From assembly GCF_006345805.1 (NCBI RefSeq), contig NC_043000.1, positions 117,738,001-117,802,000 of the forward strand: 64,000 nucleotides of DNA. Direction: 5' to 3'. Shown piece by piece: positions 63,421-64,000 of the stretch. The notes below the pieces were generated by a model. That model was not told where the DNA came from. It worked only from the letters and a program-made list of their open reading frames with translations, and searched no databases. This stretch comes from Octopus sinensis (lineage: Eukaryota). The translations under genes and the position numbers were made by a program. Each line of letters opens with the position of its first letter. Position 1 is the first letter of the stretch.

Positions 63421-64000
63421 GGAATACAGAAGACAGAAAACACGCAAGTTCTCCAGCGTTTCAAAATATTTTCGCTGCCTTCAATAATATAAAGCTTTAA
63501 GAGATAGAACGAAAACCAAAAGAGACAGAGATATATCATCGTATCCCTAAACATAAATAAATCGTTTTAATACATTGGTTTAATGCGATGTTATATCTTT
63601 CACATCAAAAAAATTATTTTTCTCACAATTTTGAATCTGTATCTAGCATAGTCGTTAAGTAGTTAATTCATATTTGTTATTTTAATACTTAGACACACAT
63701 GTTCTGCTGTTAAAACGAATGCATTGCTATCTCGTATTTACGGGTAAATTGAAAGGCACCCGGCTGTCTGCTGGCGTGCGTTCGGACGTTAATCGGTTTT
63801 CACTCGGCTTTCTCATGATCTAAATTGTCCGAAACACACAAAACAGCCTTTCATAGCGAGTGGCTTCTGCTTTCTTGAGAACAGAATCACTTGTTGCACA
63901 CACACACATGTACAAACACACACACACACACACACACACACGCTTGTACACACACACACACGCACACACAGAGACACAGAGTGGCTCACATATACACTCA

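Overview
AT-rich, repeat-saturated eukaryotic genomic DNA with one 100-N scaffold gap. The SINE families and microsatellite content are those I recognise from octopus (cephalopod) genomes; the species assignment is inference. I can support no host protein-coding gene: nearly all ORFs in the track are translations of (TA)n, (TG)n, (TATG)n or trinucleotide microsatellites, or of SINEs. The real content is four tRNA-derived SINE families (labelled A-D here), three decayed mariner transposons, a 2.26-kb long-TIR element with an 8-bp TSD (Merlin-like), several MITEs, a CR1/L2/Jockey-type LINE ORF2 fragment, and a stop-free 97-codon Penelope-type GIY-YIG endonuclease frame (21274-21567, minus) that is missing from the ORF track. 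The most striking signal is a set of at least 11 minimal type-I hammerhead ribozyme motifs from about 7 unrelated sequence families. All have a self-complementary stem III. Most sit in tandem or fold-back repeats next to microsatellites. They include a 559-bp tandem/inverted retrozyme-like unit (2236-3872) and a tRNA-headed SINE carrying a hammerhead in its tail (54899-55384). The hammerhead-Penelope link is established knowledge. The diversity, the fold-back architecture and the tRNA-head/hammerhead chimera seen here are candidates for an undescribed Penelope-dependent ribozyme retroelement system.
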